Below, in pieces: positions 59,201-64,000 of a stretch of DNA of 64,000 bases. This stretch comes from Octopus vulgaris (taxonomy: Eukaryota): positions 8,246,001-8,310,000 of the forward strand of contig CATOCA020000001.1 in the NCBI GenBank assembly GCA_951406725.2. Direction: 5' to 3'. Numbering within the stretch: the stretch's first letter is position 1; every line of letters starts with the position of its first letter. The position numbers were made by a program, and so were the translations under genes. The notes beneath the pieces were generated by a model. The model was not told the DNA's origin, ran no database searches, and worked only from the letters and a program-made list of their open reading frames with translations.

Positions 59201-61898
59201 TAAAATCGGAATCAATTAGGTTTAGCAAGGAATTAGCGATAGATCGAAATAGAGTAGAGGGAGACCTGGTTAAGAAACTAGAAGAGGCACTTACCACTGG
59301 CAGCGCAACCAACGTGCTGGCTGCGAGGATGGCCCTCGACCAACACCTCAACGCCAAGCACGGAGGTTGCGTCGTCAGAGCTAAAATGCGTGCCTTAAGG
59401 AAGGAAGGGATCGAAGCTGCGCGAGAGGCCCGGGTAGCGGAGGCGCAGCGTGGCAACAGAGACACCATTCGGTCTTTAATAGATCAACAGGGATGCAGTT
59501 TACTCGAACCCGAAAGGATGTGTGAGGCCTTTCAACAGCACTTTGCTCGACTGTTTGGTGCGAGTGGTGGGTCGGAACGTGGGATGGATTTCAGTGCCTA
59601 CCTGACCGACCTGCCGCGGCTCTCGGCAAGAGAAGCGGAGTGTTGTGAAAGTCCCATCACAGCCGCTGACGTGTGGGATGCGATGGCGGGCTGCACGAGG
59701 GATAAGTCGCCTGGATTGGATGGTTTACCCTACGAGCTGTATTGTCAAATGCCAGACTTGTTTGGCGACCTCTTGGCATCAGTCTACTGCAACTGGCAAC
59801 AAAACGGGAGAATCCCCGGTTTCGTGAGCCGAGGTGCAGTGACGTTGCTGAGGAAAGACCCAAACAAGGGGAATTTTATAGATTATTTCAGGCCCATCAC
59901 TCTGCTCAACGCAGATTTGAAAATTTTGGCCAAAGTAATAGCCGAGAGGTTGGCGCTTGTCATTGATAAACTGGTCGACAGGGCGCAAACATGCGCCGTG
60001 CCGGGCAGAACCATACATGACAACCTCCATCTGATGCGCTACATTGTGGACAGGGTAGTTAAGGATCCTGGCATGGGTGGGGCGCTGATCAATTTGGATC
60101 AGTCTAAAGCCTTCGATAGGGTCGACCATCGGTACTTGGCGGCCGTCCTCAGGGCGGCTGGCTTCGGTTCCGTCTTCCGCGGTTGGATCGCTGCCTTGTA
60201 TAGCGGCATCCGATCGGTGATTCGGGTGAACGGTCACCTGTCGAAACCGTTTGACATCACACGTTCGGTCCGTCAGGGGTGTCCCCTGTCGGCGCTTCGG
60301 TATGTATTGACTCTCGAGCCGCTACTACGGAAGCTGGCGACACTGAGGGGCATCCCACGGGAACTGGGTTGCGGGACGAGCGTGTCGGCATATGCGGACG
60401 ATGTCACCGTCATAGTGTCGAGCGACAAACACATCCAGATGATAGGCGAGACACTAAGAAAATACGAAACGGTGACGGGAGCGAAGATTAACCCGGAAAA
60501 GTCAGTGGGTTTGCTACTCGGCACCTGGAGAAGCAAGCCCATGCCGTCCGACTGCGGCTCAGTAGTGGGACGCTGGACGGACGGACCGGTTAAATTGCTC
60601 GGGGTCTGGTTCAGTCCGGACCTCCAAATGGATAAGAACTGGGACGAGATCACGAGTAGAGTGGTCGCTCTCAGCCAAACATGGGCCGAGAGAAAGCTGT
60701 CTCTAAAAGGCCGGGCGGAGGTGGCGAACGCGTACATCGCATCCGTCATCGATTACCGCCTGACCGTCGTACCTTGTCCCGACTCCACCATCACCAAACT
60801 GGAACGCATACTCTTCCGCTTCCTGTGGAAGGGTGGCGTTCCGATGGTGAGGAAGTCCATTTGCTGTCAACATCCGTTGAATGGAGGACTGGGCATGCCG
60901 TGGTTGATGATGCGCAGGCATGCGCTGAGACTGTGGCATCTCTGGAACTTCATCGACGACGGTGAACAGGTGTGGGCGCCATTTGTGAGGCGCCTCTTCC
61001 CGCAACTCGTCTCACTGACCGAACTGCAAACGTGGATCAAAAAGAGACCGAAACTGGGCGATTGGCACCGAGAGTGTCGCCAAGCTCTACAGCAGCTCTG
61101 CCGACCGGGGTCAAACTTGTGCAACTTACAAACGACTAAAGCGTTCTATAGAGGACTAGTGGAGGGGAGGTCCGACGACACACTCGGGGCAAACCTGGGC
61201 GTCGACGAGAAATTCCTAACCCGCCTGTTCAGGACGACGTTCGGGCCGGGGCCTATGGATAACTTCCAGAAATCCCTGGCTTGGCAGTGCTATCGAGACG
61301 CACTACCCGTTCGAGAGAAGAGCTACAGGCATGGTTCGAAAACCATCACCGGACCGACCTGCCCGAGATGCGGTCAGAGCGACGAAACCGTTCTGCACGC
61401 ACTCGTGCAGTGTCCAGATATTTCAGAGCTGTGGTCCTTCGTCGAACAGCTGTTGTCACGTGTAGGTTAGGCTCGCCTATCGGCCGAGTCTATCGTCAAT
61501 ATTGTTCCACCACCTTCCTTTAAACGGGAAGGGAAAACGGTTTTCGTTACGCTGATGGCTATGGCGAAATAATGTGAGTGGTGGACGCGTTTGAAAGGAC
61601 TGCAAACAAACACCTTCCTCTCTGGTCAGTCTCTCGTCAACTTTTTCAAGTACCACTTGAAAAGGAGGATGAGAATAGAGAGGAAGGCTTTGTCGAACGA
61701 ATGTTTTAATAAAAAAGTGGGTAAAAGTGGCAAAAATGGTCAGTATGAAAGACGACACTATTTTAAGCATAAATCTGTAACCAAAAGAGACAACGAGAAG
61801 TAAGGCGACTTGCTCATGTGTTCTTTTTCGAATTGTCTGAGGTGACCTTGGTCTTTTTTGTAGGTTTTTCTTTCCAAGGCTACACCTAAACTGTGAAA

Positions 61899-61947
<49 letters not shown>

Positions 61948-62098
61948 CTTTTTTATACACCACACAACCCACAGATCCCTATTGATCAAACGTTGTTTTT
62001 TTTGTGCCCCACACATCCCACCTCGAAAAGAAAAAATTCTACATTGTATTTCGTCCATTTTTATTTTGTGTTTAGCCCTGTGTGGCTACAATAAAAAG

Positions 62099-62099
<1 letters not shown>
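56203..62099 (+). mobile_element. Tx1-type retrotransposon, subfamily A, full length (mirror of 34231-40112)
   Basis: ORF1 56401-58264 in pieces; ORF2 58339-61470 with premature TAG; followed by (TATC)n at 62100-62138. Confidence 0.92.
58339..61470 (+). pseudogene. Tx1-A ORF2 (APE-RT-Zn) truncated by nonsense mutations
   Basis: 1043 aa open, then TAG where the mirror copy has CAG; a further TAA at ~61570. Confidence 0.85.
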
Positions 62100-62184
<85 letters not shown>

Positions 62185-62570
62185 CGTGGTAAGTAGCTTG
62201 CTAACCAACCACATGGTTCCGGGTTCAGTCCCACTGCGTGGCATCTTGGGCAAGTGTCTTCTGCTATAGCCCCAGGCCGACCAATGCCTTGTGAGTGGAT
62301 TTGGTAGACGGAAACTGAAAGAAGCCTGTCGTATATATTTATATATATATATGTAAGTGTGTGTGTGTTTGTGTGTCCCCCTAGCATTGCTTGACAACCG
62401 ATGCTGGTGTGTTTACGTCCCCGTCGCTTAGCGGTTCGGCAAAATAGACCGATAGAATAAGTACTGGGCTTACAAAGAATAAGTCCCGGGGTCGATTTGC
62501 TCGACTAAAGGCGGTGCTCCAGCATGGCCGCAGTCAAATGACTGAAACAAGTAAAAGAGTAATATATATA

Positions 62571-62602
<32 letters not shown>

Positions 62603-62762
62603 TGTGTGTGTGTGTGTATATTTAAATAATAAAGGTAAAAAATTGAATATTAATTTAATTAATATCAATTTAAACCAGTGGCCTAGCATATTGAAAAAAA
62701 TTCTGAAGATTCAGAAAAAATAATATTACATACATATTAGAGGGTGGTGGTCATTCCTCTTA

Positions 62763-62801
<39 letters not shown>

Positions 62802-63004
62802 ACGAAATTTAGAGGACTGACCACTAAAAGTGGACACCCTGTATGCTAGATATAGACGTCAATTGGTTTTAATTGATTAATATTAATTTCTACCCTTATG
62901 TAATTTTATATATATACTAGCAGTATCGCCCGGCGTTGCTCGGGTTTGTAAGGGAAATAATTATATAAGCATTATTAGAGAGTTATAGCCAAAAAATAGG
63001 ATTC

Positions 63005-63415
63005 CTCTCTGTGTCACGCTGAATATCCCCGAGAACTACGTTAAGGGTACACGTGTCTGTGGAGTACTCAGCCACTTACACGTTAATTCCACGAGCAGGC
63101 TGTTCCGTTGATTCGGATCAACTGGAACCCTCATCGTCGTAACCGACGGAGTGCTCCGGCAGGGGATGGTGGTGATCCCTGCTGTACTCTTTCACCACAA
63201 CTGTCTCTCACTCTTACTTCCTGTTTCTGTTGTACCTGTATTTCAAAGGGCCGGCCTTGTCACTCTCTGTGTCACGCTGAATATCCCCGAGAACTACGTT
63301 AAGGGTACACGTGTCTGTGGAGTACTCAGCCACTTACACGTTAATTCCACGAGCAGGCTGTTCCGTTGATTCGGATCAACCGGATCCCTCATCGTCGTAA
63401 CCGACGGAGTGCTTC
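63005..63415 (+). repeat. S4-body tandem repeats (~1.6 units), mirror of 32391-33313
   Basis: Same unit, fewer copies. Confidence 0.85.
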
Positions 63416-63709
63416 CATAAACAGGAGCAAATCATCTCTAAAAAAAAGGCGGAGCCTAAAGGATAGGGTGGAAGTAATGATCATTGAAATTCCCCTCCCA
63501 CCGGGCAAAAGGAATAGGCGACGTCAAAAGGATGTGGGCGTGGCTAAGTTATTTGGGTCAGTCTATTTATATGGAGTAGGTGAGGTCAGGTCTGTTTGAA
63601 ATGTATGCGTGGCACTCGTAGTCACAATACGTAGCTGCTGCTACTACTACTACTACTGCTTACTACTACTACTGCTACTGCTGCTGCTGCTGCTGCTGCT
63701 CTGCTGCTG

Positions 63710-63809
<100 letters not shown>

Positions 63810-63810
63810 G

Positions 63811-63863
<53 letters not shown>

Positions 63864-63925
63864 TTGCTTGCTCTGCTGCTGCTGCTGCTCTGCTGCTCTC
63901 TGCTGCTGCTGCTGCTGCTGCTGCT

Positions 63926-63984
<59 letters not shown>

Positions 63985-64000
63985 ACTGCTCTACTACTAC

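Overview
Eukaryotic, repeat-saturated DNA, most likely octopus or another coleoid cephalopod (inferred from tRNA-derived SINE families and very long microsatellites; no database search was possible). Most ORFs in the supplied track are microsatellite or antisense artefacts. The real content is: (1) a ~5.65-kb unit (CR1-group LINE plus flank) present twice in tandem (1-11242, +) and once inverted and circularly permuted (18239-23950, -); (2) three short minus-strand exons of a doublecortin-like (DCLK-type CAMK) kinase that the ORF track misses (24685-24818, 14979-15075, 11624-11704), with an in-frame stop and an apparently missing exon; (3) dense arrays of at least four SINE families, RTE fragments and Helitron-like ends; (4) a ~14-15-kb inverted duplication (about 31.5-46.9 kb vs 49.6-64 kb) whose arms are head-to-tail chains of Tx1-type (L1-clade) retrotransposons. 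Three Tx1 subfamilies each sit inside (TATC)n/(GATA)n tracts in the same orientation, lack poly(A), and share covarying 3'UTR stem-loops; the two full-length ones also share a 5' motif. One abundant SINE ends in the same 3' tail as these Tx1 elements, and a second (CORE-type) SINE ends in the CR1-group LINE's tail. The best candidate for an undescribed system is a GATA-microsatellite-targeting Tx1 lineage with its own tail-sharing SINE.
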